A stretch of DNA of 62,616 bases, counting the filler, from Basidiobolus ranarum (Eukaryota): NCBI GenBank assembly GCA_040143965.1. It is 10 parts of 10 records of this genome, joined end to end, with 100 filler letters (N's around TTAATTAATTAA, not from the genome) between each part and the next. Parts side by side here need not be neighbours in the genome. Positions count along the whole stretch, not along the records: positions 50,195 to 56,356 come from JASJQH010008267.1; positions 56,457 to 62,616 come from JASJQH010008268.1; 8 more parts are not named here. One strand, written 5' to 3'. The translations under genes and the position numbers were made by a program. Each line of letters opens with the position of its first letter. Positions within the stretch are counted from its first letter, which is position 1. Positions 51,329 to 62,616 of the stretch are shown piece after piece. The notes under the pieces are model-generated. The model was not told the DNA's origin and searched no databases. It saw only the letters and a program-made list of their open reading frames with translations.

Positions 51329-51712
51329 ATGTCTTCTCAACAAACTGTAAAGATCTGCTGCTGTGGTGACAATTGCCAGTGCGAACAATGCAAGTGCCAA
51401 AAGGTCGAAGTGACACAATCTTGCTCTTGCAAGGATAGCTGCACTTGTGTCAAGTGTGAGTGTGCCAAGACCATTGAAGTTCCAGCTTGCCAATGCGAAA
51501 GTGACTGCAAGTGCTCCAACTACCAAGGAAAGAAGCAATCCAACTGCTCCTGTGGTGACAAGTGTGGCTGTGGAGTTGACTGCAAATGTGAACAAGCCAA
51601 GGAAAGCAGATGCTGCTGTGGCGAAGATTGCAAATGTGAAATATGTAATGCTAAGAAGGGCAAGTGCTGTTGTGGTGATGACTGCAAGTGTTCCAGCTGC
51701 CCAGCTTCGTAG
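51329..51712 (+). CDS. Long modular metallothionein (127 aa, 35 Cys)
   Basis: Six Cys blocks made of CxC/CCC motifs, no His/Phe/Trp, one Tyr; TATAAA at about 51270; AT-rich 3' UTR with AATAAA. Confidence 0.92.
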   Translation: MSSQQTVKICCCGDNCQCEQCKCQKVEVTQSCSCKDSCTCVKCECAKTIEVPACQCESDCKCSNYQGKKQSNCSCGDKCGCGVDCKCEQAKESRCCCGEDCKCEICNAKKGKCCCGDDCKCSSCPAS

Positions 51713-52299
51713 GCTTCTCACTTATACATAATAATTAAATTCCTCATCTTTTTATGAATTGTATAATTTTGCATAAAATCAATAAATAAGTAAATGTTTA
51801 GTGTAATTTTGAATTCTTAATTTTCCTCACACAATGAATACATGATCTCTAGAACGACTAGGATAATTCAAAAAATTGGAGTATGTTTGTACAGCAACAA
51901 AATTGGTTCTGAAATTGGTACCAAAATGCATGCCAATTAATTCCTTCGTTTTTGTTGCTTGTTATACATTAGAATACTCGATGACAAAATGACCATTCCT
52001 ATTCAGCCAAGGCCAAATCTGGTTAAGCGAATCTGAATAAATTATGTATTGGAAGTACCCACTAAACTTCGCACTCTGAGAGATTGGGGAAAATGAAATG
52101 GAACACTTACGGAAATGCATATATTTCCAGAACTAAATGGTAAAATGTTACTAACCTTTAAGTAGTTATTTTATTTTAGGTATAATTTTCGAAACAAACT
52201 GACACCGGAAATGGCCCACCGCTTTCATATGCAGACTCCAAAGTTGTCGCTCTCAAATTGTACTCGGCTGAGGAACCCAGCTCATGATGAATTATCAAA

Positions 52300-52381
52300 G
52301 GTGAGATGGCCGAGTGGTCTAAGGCGCTGCGTTCAGGTCGCAGTCTCTTCGAAGGCGTGGGTTCGAGCCCCACTCTCATCA
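52300..52381 (+). tRNA. tRNA-Leu(CAG), intronless, long variable arm
   Basis: Acceptor GGTGAGA/TCTCATC, anticodon arm CTGCG-TTCAGGT-CGCAG, T-arm GTGGG-TTCGAGC-CCCAC, discriminator A. Confidence 0.95.
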
Positions 52382-52568
52382 AATTCTTTGTTTAAATTCA
52401 TAATTATAGTCACTAATTAAATTTTGTTGAGAAAAATGTCGATTTTAGGAACGATACAAGCAATGATCAAAGAGAGAAAATTTGTAATGGTTCAATTGAA
52501 ATGAATCAATCTAATCCTGTGATAGTAAATTTTATCCCATAAGTTTATAAAGTAGTATTTTTTCGAGA

Positions 52569-52575
52569 TATATAA
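52569..52575 (+). promoter_or_regulatory. TATA box of the U6 Pol III promoter
   Basis: TATATAA about 29 nt upstream of the inferred U6 +1 G at 52598. Confidence 0.6.
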
Positions 52576-52597
52576 TGGAAATTGACTCGTAACAACT

Positions 52598-52628
52598 GTC
52601 AAGTTCCCCGGAACCTCTGACACTTGAA

Positions 52629-52659
<31 letters not shown>

Positions 52660-52720
52660 GGCCCCTGCACAAGGATGACACGTAAATCTTGAGTGGACAC
52701 CTCTTCGGAGGAAATTTTTT
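52598..52720 (+). ncRNA. U6: U6 spliceosomal snRNA
   Basis: Invariant core AAAATTGGAACGATACAGAGAAGATTAGCATGGCCCCTGCACAAGGATGACACG, 5' stem-loop GTCA-GTTCC/GGAAC-TGAC, T6 terminator at 52715-52720. Confidence 0.97.
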
Positions 52721-54342
52721 CTTTTATTCCTCATGATTTTGCTTTTCTATCTGAAAAGATTTTATTTGTAGAGTTGAGTTTCATAATGAAAACCTGATTC
52801 TTAGCTTGATGTATAGCGTTTTTCTTGATTCTAATATTTACTTTAGCAACTATATATGAAATTTAAGATCACCCATCGACTTCGTAATTCCAAAAATACA
52901 GGTGCTCCTTTACGTACGGTCTGACAACAGCGATTAATTGATTACATCATCTAGGAACCGACAAGTCACAGTTATGACTTTCATCTCACTAACCAGAATC
53001 TGTGCTAGTACTGAAAAGGAGTATACTTCTTCATTACCCCCTTAGTCCTTATTTACCAAGTGAAATTGGGTACGCATGTAGTCATATTGGTGAGAGTGCC
53101 GATGCAGGTCAACAGACTTACGCAATAGTATTTAAAATCAATTTTAACCCAGATTAAAGCCACATACGTTACTAGACACAAGCATTAAAAAACAAGACCG
53201 AAGAGTAATAGACCATTTTATAATAAAAACTACATACTTAGTACTTAATATACATAGCCATTTACATTAACAAAATAACTACCCCTTATCTGCCATGAAA
53301 TGTATCTGTCACTTACTAAAGGAATATACTGAATTATATATCACTTTCGAATATTAATCTAGTAGCTTATACAAAGGTATGGGCCGAATACTACCGCATG
53401 TTTAATTAGACACGTATGAGGAATTTGAGCTTTAGCTACATTTTGAGATATATGTGCATTATAATTGAATATTTTAATAAAGTTGAAGTTTCTCAAGTCA
53501 GTAAACGATGAATTACCCGGGTTGTCCGAGCTTACCTGGGGGATTTCAATCATAATTGAGTAATGTCGCCCAGATTGCATCATGTTGAAAACTAATTGTT
53601 ATTATAAAATAACAGGTAAAAGTTTCCTACTGAGAATTGATTTTCATAGAAGAATTTCCACTCGTGTGATGCTTCACCAATGATAAACTCAATTCCGCAT
53701 GTCTAAATTTTCCAATAGTAGTCCAAAGCTAAAACTGTTACAATTCTCCAGGGATTGTTGGTACTTCGTATTGCTTATATATTGTAACCTCCAGGTGGGC
53801 ATGAGACGCATTGGCATGTTAATAGTAATAAACTTGCTTATTGCTTGCGCAGCCAAGTGCTTATATGTTAGCAAATTATAGCTCTAATTATTATGAATAC
53901 CTTTGTTTCGCAATAATCAATTGGTTATACTAATAGTCACGGCATTCGTTGAGAATTTTACTTTTATGAACTCTAATGTCACTGCTATTACGGTTGCATT
54001 AAACTGAGTTCCTGAGATAAGTGTAATTTCGTAATTTGATTCACTAATAACCTGACTGCTTGACTCATGCTTTCCATTTACAAAGATAGGATAATAGTAC
54101 GGAATTATTTTCCTAAAATTTAGTAATGATTCTTTTAGTATTTCTGGAGATATGTGCATTTCTTTGACTGTTTTGGTGATTATGAGACGTGTAGAAAACG
54201 TGGGAATGTGGAACTTGGTGAAGGTCAAAGTTTGATTATTCACTATATATGTGCAAAATATTGGATTAATTGAGGCAGTTTATTGTCTCCGAAATTGCCA
54301 TCGCTTTTTGTGTGATAATCCAATATCTTAACAAATGTAAAA

Positions 54343-54415
54343 GGCCCTGTAGCTCAGTGGATAGAGCGTCCGCCTCCTAAGCGGAAAGTCCCGGGTTCGA
54401 CCCCCGGTTGGGTTG
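54343..54415 (+). tRNA. tRNA-Arg(CCT) with weak acceptor stem (possible pseudogene)
   Basis: D arm GCTC/GAGC, anticodon arm TCCGC-CTCCTAA-GCGGA, T-arm CCGGG-TTCGACC-CCCGG, downstream T-run. Confidence 0.85.
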
Positions 54416-57400
54416 ACTTTTATTGTATTTTTCCTGGTATAGTCACATCATACCTTAATCGAAGATTTATTAATGTATCCAGAAATATATAAATCATTCC
54501 TAATGATATAATCTTCTAGTTTCTCAATCAGCACAATAGCTTTCATCAGGAGGAAAAATATATATCTACAACACCATTTAAAAAGGAGTAATGCAATTGC
54601 TTATCATAAATCTGAACTTAAGGAAATGGTGAATTTATAGTAAGGTTCACCTAGGTTAGCTGTTCATGTATGCAGTTACTATTTTTGGCATTAAATTTTG
54701 AAGTATTTGTGCCGATGATTTATTGTCTGCTATGTTACTCAATTTCCCAAATACTTTGCTCAAAATAGTCTTCACCCTGCATAATGCACAATAGGAGTGG
54801 GTGATTTTCAAACTTACAAGGGATGTGGTACCTTACTCTGAAAAAGTGGTAAACGCATGATGTTCTAAGATTTGTGCCGAGTATATGAAGAATAAAGATT
54901 TTGGAAGGATTAGATGTTACGTGAACAATGGCTTAGGAACCTCGCTTTATACATATGTTTATAGTTTGATATATATAGGATATTTATAATTCTGAGAACA
55001 TAAATTCTCCATTGGCAGCATAGCCAAGCCCAGAAGAGGTGAATTGGGAATTGCGAATGTTTCATCGATGCACAGCTGAATTCATCCAACCTTTGATGAC
55101 ATTTCCATATTTAGCGTTAAAGAAATTATTCTTAGGTTAAAATATCTGAGAAAACACAAGGCCTAGTAGGAATACCCCTGTCATACTAGGCTTTTTCATG
55201 TTTCCAGAACTAAAATTGATTTGGAATTCTTCATAAGAGTTTCCAGCTGGCATTTCTCTGTGAAAGTAAACACAAGCTAATGCCATATAATATTTGTCAT
55301 CTTGATGCCAAAAGTAGTTGTTCTTCCATAGGCAAGCAAACTGTTTGGGATTCTTGATGAACTCATCGTGCGAATTTGTTATATTTAGGACCTGTCCATC
55401 AGTAGCTATGAACTTATTATCTTGAAGTGAATGGCCTAGGGCTTTTGGCAGCATATTCAGTGTACGAACTTGATATTCTGAGGATGTCATGTTCTCTTGT
55501 CTTACACAGTTCATATTCATTGTTGAAGAGCGTCTCCACAGAGATAGCCGTAATCCTTACTTTACGTGTATTTTTCACTACACCAGGGAGGGGTTTTTTA
55601 TAGAATACGGCAAGGAGTGTGTTACAATTTCGAAATTCGTGGAGCAATGACAGTTGAATCATCATTAAGTAATACCAAACTTATGATGGCTTCTGAATAT
55701 TTTAGGGTTATATCTTTCTATTCATCTTTCTAATGTGCTCATTTCTTGATACATCATCTTTCCTTAATATCAAGTTCTGTCTGGTATTATCTGCACTGGA
55801 CTGAACTAGTTGCCTCGAGTTTAAGTTAGTTAAGGCAAGCTTGTGTAAAAAAAGCTAACTAGATTGTCTCCAAAAGCTACTGGTACTACAAATATATATG
55901 CTGAAATGCATTACGTTCCACAATAGAATTCCACTTGAATTAGCCTGAACTCCAATGTGGTGTGTAATGAATCTAAAATCTATGTACATGTCTCATGTTT
56001 ACTCACTCACTATATCAAGAAGCTGACATTTATAGAATTGAACATGTATTGTAGCCAGAAGCTAAAATGTCCACTGTTATAAACATGTCATTTTGTCGGT
56101 GATGCTAGTGGCTTTATTATACACATATATTACGAGCTAACCCTACAGCTATATAATTTTTGCATATTGTTCAATCTGACTGGTTAAAGAGGGATGAAAC
56201 AAACCAGGTGGTGCAAACTTTTTAGCTTAATTATTAATCCAAACAAAGTGCCATATGGAACAGTATATTCTTAACGGACTAGTTCCATTGAGCCAGTGAA
56301 CATTGCTCCATAGATTAACATGTGTCATTAGTATTGATAAAAAATTACCATGCCAANNNNNNNNNNNNNNNNNNNNNNNNNNNNNNNNNNNNNNNNNNNN
56401 TTAATTAATTAANNNNNNNNNNNNNNNNNNNNNNNNNNNNNNNNNNNNNNNNNNNNCTTCTTCTTTTACCATGAGGGCTCTATACAAATAAGAGAATGAG
56501 GAGAAACTCCGAGGGTAATGGATGATCTAAACTGATTATGATCTTCATCTGGGCGTACCACCCTATTTATATATTTAGGCCGGGTTCCGATTTATATTGC
56601 AACATGATATTGAATATATATAGCGCAATCTATTGGATAGAGCAATCAAAACATGCGACTTGATTTTGCATCATAAGCACTCTCTAATCAGTTTGATTTC
56701 AATAGGTTACTGTGATACTTGGGCTAAAAGTCCGATAGCCCCATAATGGAATAAATGCATTGAAAGGGTAGTGCAATGAGATATCTTTGGCTTGTCTATA
56801 AAATCAGATACAAGCACAAATATATGAAATGCGGAGTTCAACCGGAAAACCAGTACTTCGCTTACCATACAAGGTACGTCGCTTGTGGTTTACCCACCAC
56901 CTCACATTTATCCTAACCCTACTGTCGAGAACCCAATCATGTTCTATCAATTACCATTCCGTATGACTTTTTCTCCATGGGTAAATTGTCTGATTGATGA
57001 TCGAGCTATCGTAAAAGGCAATAAGGCCACCTGGTAAATGGGATTTTCTCAGAACACGACAAAAACGGTAATGGCAGGATGATTATGATTGGAGGGCATA
57101 CATCAGCACAATATATATTATCCGACTCAGTTTAAGCTGGCACTGCTCAACGGAAACTGTGATGCCTTGATAATTACAGTGTGAAGTTCTCTCTTAAGGA
57201 GAGCTTGGTAGATATATAATAGAAACCAGCATGGTGACTCCTTTTCTTATGGCAGTATAGTTAATATAGTGTACTGCAAATCATTAATCTCTAAATGATA
57301 TGTGACATGATTGTAATAGGCAAACCTATAACCGATGGGTGGCTTAGCAAACAGCCTGGTTTGTTCGTTGTTAGTTAGAAGAATACAATACTATTTCTTA

Positions 57401-59657
57401 GAATATTCACGTAACAATGGCACTTAAACAACCTCGCAACATGGCAATGAGAGAATTACGGAAAGTAACAAAGTTAGGGAATTGAATATTCAACCATATT
57501 GATATGATTGATACTGTTTATTCGGGATGAATAAGGCGGGAACTTGAAATGGATCGAAAAGCAGTGTATAAATGGGAGATAGTCACACTTGGGTAAACCA
57601 AGTTTGGGATTTGCAAACGAGCAGATTATGCGCAAAATGGAAACTATTTCCAAAATAGTCAAGCACGTGTTTTGAATTGATTTCTATTTTGGAGTTACTA
57701 GGCTAATGGAATATGCGCAGTCCGAGAGTTAGCTTGTCCAAAAATCTCGAATTTTGGGGAATAAACAAGCTCATTTGGGAAATTTTTCGTCTGGCATCTC
57801 AAATTAGTGATTTTTTGATATCTTGTTTTTAGGATTCTCTTAGTGTGATTCAAAGAGTATATGAGTTATTTCACTTCCACGCCTTTAATGACACTGACAA
57901 ACCCACACGACGAAAAGGTTATTTATCATCCTAACTCAAGGAACGACGATATGAAGCATAACAATCATTTCTGCAAACAAGCTACAGTGATCTAGCCTGC
58001 GTTTGACGCCTAAAATTGGACAATTAGCAAAGTCTGTTGACTGTATCATGATAACCAAATACATCAGTCCTTTGATAGTAGCTATATTTATCGCCCTTAT
58101 GACATAATTTGAACATCATAGACCCTCGAGCTCTGGAGTCCAAATATTCCCGTCCCTTGATCAAAACGGCATCCATATTAAATTTATGAGCCTCGATATT
58201 GTAAACCATATGGACCGAGATGATTACGACATCAAAATCCAAATTAAAGCCTCTAAGAAATCTAATGCTATACGACGCATTTTTTACCATACTAAAAGAG
58301 GATCCACTGGTCATATTTGGCGAGGTATATTCAAAGATAGCTAACTTAGTAAAGATTAACTATAGGTTTCAGCGGTCAGGCAGAGCATGTCTGCTGATAG
58401 AGATACCCTGATATAGCCATTTACCCTATCCTGTAAGTTTGCTTAGGCGAAATGTCCGAAGAGCCGGTATTATTAAGCACTGTTCATGACGTAATCGCTT
58501 CATACTGCCAATGAACTGTGGATGAAACCCTGCATTACATGATCAAGAATAACACAGCAACAAACTGAAACAGGGACAAATCATATTTCGTATGACAAAT
58601 CAGTTACGTGGATTATTTATCCCGGATCAAATAGTGCGAATACGAAAGATTTTTTTGATCATTTTCTATCAGGCAGTTTCTATGGTGAGAATCAGAGGTT
58701 TGTCAAGCATATGATATTGCACTTGAGAGAAACTTATTCTTAGGGAAAGAAAAGTATTCATCTCTATCAACGAAACAAGGTTCAGCTTTACCTAAAATAC
58801 TAACCATAATATGGTTCGATTTTAGACTCAGGGACATTCGAATAACCATGTTAAGTCATGACTAAATACGCATACCAATACCAATATGCTGGATGTACTT
58901 TAACTGGTTGTGGTTATGGCATTATTAATTGCACCAACCAGAGACTAATGTAGAAATATGCGGGATTCATTAGAATCATCATCTAAGATTGGTATGGTAA
59001 GAAACTTAAGTGACGAGCAAAAGTCATTATGTAAGCAAACATGTTCAGGAAGCAAGATGAACAAATATGGTTCCACATTTTACTTGGCACATTCAGCACA
59101 TCTTTTTTGGAGATGAATGCAATCACTGAACCTTCTAGAGATACACGAATATGTACTCACTCATTCAAAAGCCTGTATATCAGCTACGAAGCTGCTGGTA
59201 ATAACATTAGGTCAGGATATGTTTTTTATATTGAGTTCAGGTTGTGGTAAACTAGAAAAATTCATTCATGACGTGTAACATATTAAAAGCACACTTCCTA
59301 AGTATCGCCCAAGTCAAGGTGGTACCTAGACAAGAATATCAGAAAGAATGTTATACTATACACTACCTTTCTAAGCGGAGGTTTCACTGATATTCCATTC
59401 TGAAGTAGCTATTTTAACATATGCAAAAAAATTGATTTTTTGCATCTTTATTTATATGCCATTAACAATTTTATATTTCGCATCTGAGCCAGGTAACATT
59501 ATCCAGTGAACTATTACTTGGTCCAAAAATCAAGATATATATATTGAATGTAAGTGAGTTATACAAAAAATATTCAAGTTGAGCTTAAAATTGCAAAGTC
59601 ATCTAAAGTAATTCCAAGCTAGCCCATTTCACTACCGAATATGATCAGAGCAAAATC

Positions 59658-60000
59658 TGTTAAAGTATTTTGGGGGCCTGTCGGAGGTGGTTTGGAGAAC
59701 TAGAGAAATTGGTGGTTCTCACTTATTCAGTTATTGAGTTAAAATTTGACATTTATCAAGATGTAAGCAAACAAACGTGTAGAATGTGTTTTAAGAAAGC
59801 TCCCAAAAACATGTGTGAAAAGTTTGGGGCTTCCAGCTCAAGTTTGAAAAATCTATATATCTGACAACTTCTAAGTTGGTGTCTATATTTTAAGTAAATT
59901 CCGATTGAGAATAGAGTGTGATATCTTAGTTCAATATGAAATAACTAAATACTAAGCTATATATGACTATGTAGATGTTTAGGCTATGCTTATTTCAACA
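59658..60000 (-). mobile_element. LTR family A copy (complete, reverse orientation)
   Basis: Reverse complement runs TGTTGAAATAAGCATAGCCTAAACA...CCCCCAAAATACTTTAACA. Confidence 0.85.
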
Positions 60001-60257
60001 TAATGTGCTACTGTAGGGTCAATTTGAATGACTTTGAAATATCAGATATGATACATCATTCTTGGATATTTCACACATGTATTAAGTATATGTTCCCAAT
60101 TTGAGCTCAGTGATATTGGCCTAAATAATATCAGAGAACATAGATATAATATGATAGATAGTTAGATACATAAACACAGGGATAAAAAATATAACATATA
60201 ATAAGCTTCAACCAAAATAATAAGTGCAAACTTCTAATTATCCTGTACCCTTGTGAT

Positions 60258-60604
60258 TGTTAAAATTAGCATTGCTAAACACCTATAGAGTCATATATAG
60301 CATAGTATTTACTTATTCCATATTGAACTAAGATATCACACTCTATTCTCAATCGGAGTTTACTTAAAATATAGACACCAACTTAGAAGTTCTCAGATAT
60401 ATAGATTTTTCAAACATGTGCTAGAAGCCCCAAACTTTGCACACATGTTCTTGGTACCTTTCCTTAACATATTACACACGTTAATTTGTTTATATCTTTA
60501 GACACCTATAAATGTCAACTTTCTACTCAATAAATCAGTAAGTGAAAACCACCATTTTTCTAGCTCACCAAACCACTTCTAACAAACCCTCAAAATACTC
60601 AACA
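60258..60604 (+). mobile_element. LTR family A copy (complete, about 347 bp)
   Basis: TGTTAAAATTAGCATTGCTAAACACC...CTATAAATGTCAACTTTCTACTCAATAAA...CAAAATACTCAACA. Confidence 0.85.
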
Positions 60605-62195
60605 CATACAACCATTTTGCCAAGCTGTTCCAAAACGCATTATCAGCATACTCCACATATGAACAATAAGATACTCAGGGAATTAGTAGTTAAGAAAAAA
60701 ATACAGTATCACAGAAGGTTCGAATACAACGGGTCTAGTGTCATCATGAGTAATACAATGCTACTTGAGTAACAGTTAGTGTTTTATCCTAAATATGCAC
60801 CTAGGACAGGCTACCAACGATACCCCATTTGTAGTTGCTTAATAGAATAATAATTGAGCTTGAACAGTACAAAGGTTAGGAATTAGTATTTTTAGCAAGT
60901 AAATACAACTTTAACAGCAATAGAGTTGGTTACGTCAGATGCTTTAGCGTAACTTCATACATAGAGTTTATGTATATGTGAAGTTAAAGAGTATTCAGGA
61001 GCTATTCCATGATTTATACTAAGAAGCCACTCATGCTGCTATGCCAACATAAGTCTGGGCAGGAAGTTTTTATTTCCAATAAAATCATACCGAAAGATCC
61101 CATGAATGATAGACCCTGGATTAGAGGATTAAGATAAGGATTGTATGCTCTAAGGAGAACCTCAACAAATTCAGTTGAGAAAGGGCGATACATGAACTGT
61201 TGCACGTTTTATGTAAACTTGGAATCGTATTTGTCTAGATGTTAAAATTTCCATGAAGAAACTGGATTACGTCCTGGTATAGGATGATTACCCTATGGTT
61301 GGAGGGAGTATCAAACTTTAGTACCTATTAATGTCGTACGGTAGTCTAAAAAAATGCATCACACTATCCATAGAAAGCTGTACTTGCTAATTGCATGCAC
61401 ATGAGCTAGGTGCAACATATCTCAATTTAGAATTCACCAGGCACAAAATGGATCATTTAGAAATATTCGAACGAGTAAGTACTTGTACTAGTAATATCCT
61501 ATAGACCTCTTGGCATCTTCTTTGCTCGCCCTTCGTCACGGAACGTGGGCTCTCTTTAATTGCATTGTGCACCGTTCACGGAGACTAAACGACTTACGGC
61601 CAAACCTATTTTTGATCATTTATTTTTAGCACAATCCGCATTGAGCCGTGGCCATAAGATCATCTCTCGATCTACTGAAACCATGGGATACCAATTAACC
61701 ATAATCCGGTCGCATGCGAAGCTAAAATAGGATCAAATTTAGTGTTGTGTGACGGTCAACTAGATGAAGATATATCTGTCTTTGGATCCATTTGGTATAC
61801 TGATCGTTTCAAGGAATTCTTGGATGTTTAGAGGCGCGTACGAAGTACCCTCGGAAGGTATGACAGTGACCTGACATGATTAAAATCACACCCTAAGGGT
61901 CCCATCATGGGATATGGTAAATGGGATATTTAATGTTAAGCAAACAGAATAGAGCCAAGTTAAAGACATGAAAGATCAAAGAGTACAAGTATTAATGGAA
62001 GAAAGATATTAGGAGTTCCCCTTCGTATTAAGAGTAATACTTCACTAACAATTAACAAATTGATAACCGGGTATATAAGGTTAATCTCTAATGTATGAGT
62101 AGCAATAGGTTAATTTAAAAGGGAATCCTTAGAAGGATATTGTGCCAAAGAGGTCTATACACACGTGTGGAAGGTCAAGGTACTAATCAAAGCAT

Positions 62196-62616
62196 TTAAA
62201 AACCTCCGTTCTCAAGTTTAACTCTTTCCCTGCTCTTTTTGACTTCCTCTAACCAGTTCGTACGAAGGATCGAGGTCAGTTGGCCAACAGATACTCCGAA
62301 TAGTGCTATTAAGAAAGCCCACCATATTCCTGGCAGGTTCCAGTTATTGATAAACACAAGCCAGTAGCCAATTGGCATGGCTATTAGATAATAGGCCGCT
62401 ATATTAACGTAAGCACCGATCTCTTGCTTGCCTTGTCCGCGCAATACACCTCCGGTAACCCCACCAAGACCGTCAAAGATCTAGAGAAATATGAAGGTTT
62501 AGTGGATAGAAATACCAGAACTCTCTACTATCAATCAACTGACCTGAAACATGGCACTAATGGGTAGAACCTGAGCTACCAATGCAACCACCCTCTCATC
62601 ATCATTGAAGAGATAT
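62196..62616 (-). CDS. MATE-family efflux transporter, C-terminal part (5'-truncated)
   Basis: LFNDDERVVALVAQVLPISAMFQ|IFDGLGGVTGGVLRGQGKQEIGAYVNIAAYYLIAMPIG...GIWWAFL; intron 62481-62543. Confidence 0.92.

Noticed and set aside
51323-51731. Hydrophobic 132-aa antisense ORF and other overlapping frames
   Set aside because: By-products of the TGC/TGT-rich metallothionein codons.
52300-52381. tRNA with CAG anticodon as a possible CUG-reassignment (Ser/Ala) tRNA
   Set aside because: It has U33, G37 and discriminator A73 with an ordinary Leu-type body; nothing suggests a code change.
52176-52734. ORFs 52176-52382, 52211-52420 and 52492-52734
   Set aside because: Translations across the tRNA-Leu and U6 genes.
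6188-56456. Regularly spaced TTAATTAATTAA palindromes about every 6.27 kb, and apparent clustering of metal/transport/secreted genes across the window
   Set aside because: These are artificial linkers joining size-sorted contigs, so neither the periodicity nor cross-contig neighbourhoods are biological. ORFs running into X residues are artefacts.
56457-56580. TATA box and ATG GTA AAA GAA GAA on the minus strand at the contig start
   Set aside because: Only five codons are visible, so no gene can be supported.
1-62616. CRISPR arrays, rRNA, prophage or prokaryotic operons
   Set aside because: None seen. Bacterial-looking genes (HisRS, sulfotransferase, CAP) all carry spliceosomal introns, so contamination is not indicated.

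Overview
Not one locus: ten unrelated ~6.2 kb contigs (1-6187, 6288-12471, 12572-18753, 18854-25027, 25128-31297, 31398-37565, 37666-43832, 43933-50094, 50195-56356, 56457-62616) are joined in decreasing length order by artificial 100-nt N/TTAATTAATTAA linkers, so adjacency across linkers is meaningless. The DNA is an AT-rich, repeat-rich eukaryotic nuclear genome with short GT-AG introns. Gene content points to a fungus, probably early-diverging (Zoopagomycota/Entomophthorales-like; this is inference). Genes recognised: five-TOG XMAP215, APSES/StuA-type transcription factor, NIPA Mg2+ transporter, FIS1, a CAP/SCP secreted protein, PDR-type ABC transporter, POT/PTR2 transporter, beta-carbonic anhydrase, OPI3, a bacterial-type mitochondrial HisRS, a RADX-like ssDNA-binding protein, a bacterial-like sulfotransferase, an AA11 LPMO, a 35-Cys modular metallothionein, a MATE transporter, tRNA-Leu(CAG), tRNA-Arg(CCT) and U6 snRNA. 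Mobile DNA includes Tc1, copia and gypsy relics, a five-copy LTR-like family and a Tourist-like MITE. Best leads: the fungal RADX-like gene, the alphaproteobacterial-type HisRS, a 109-bp inverted repeat bracketing NIPA+FIS1, and a U6 with an extra 3' UUCG hairpin. All homology calls come from manual translation and recalled motifs; no searches were run.
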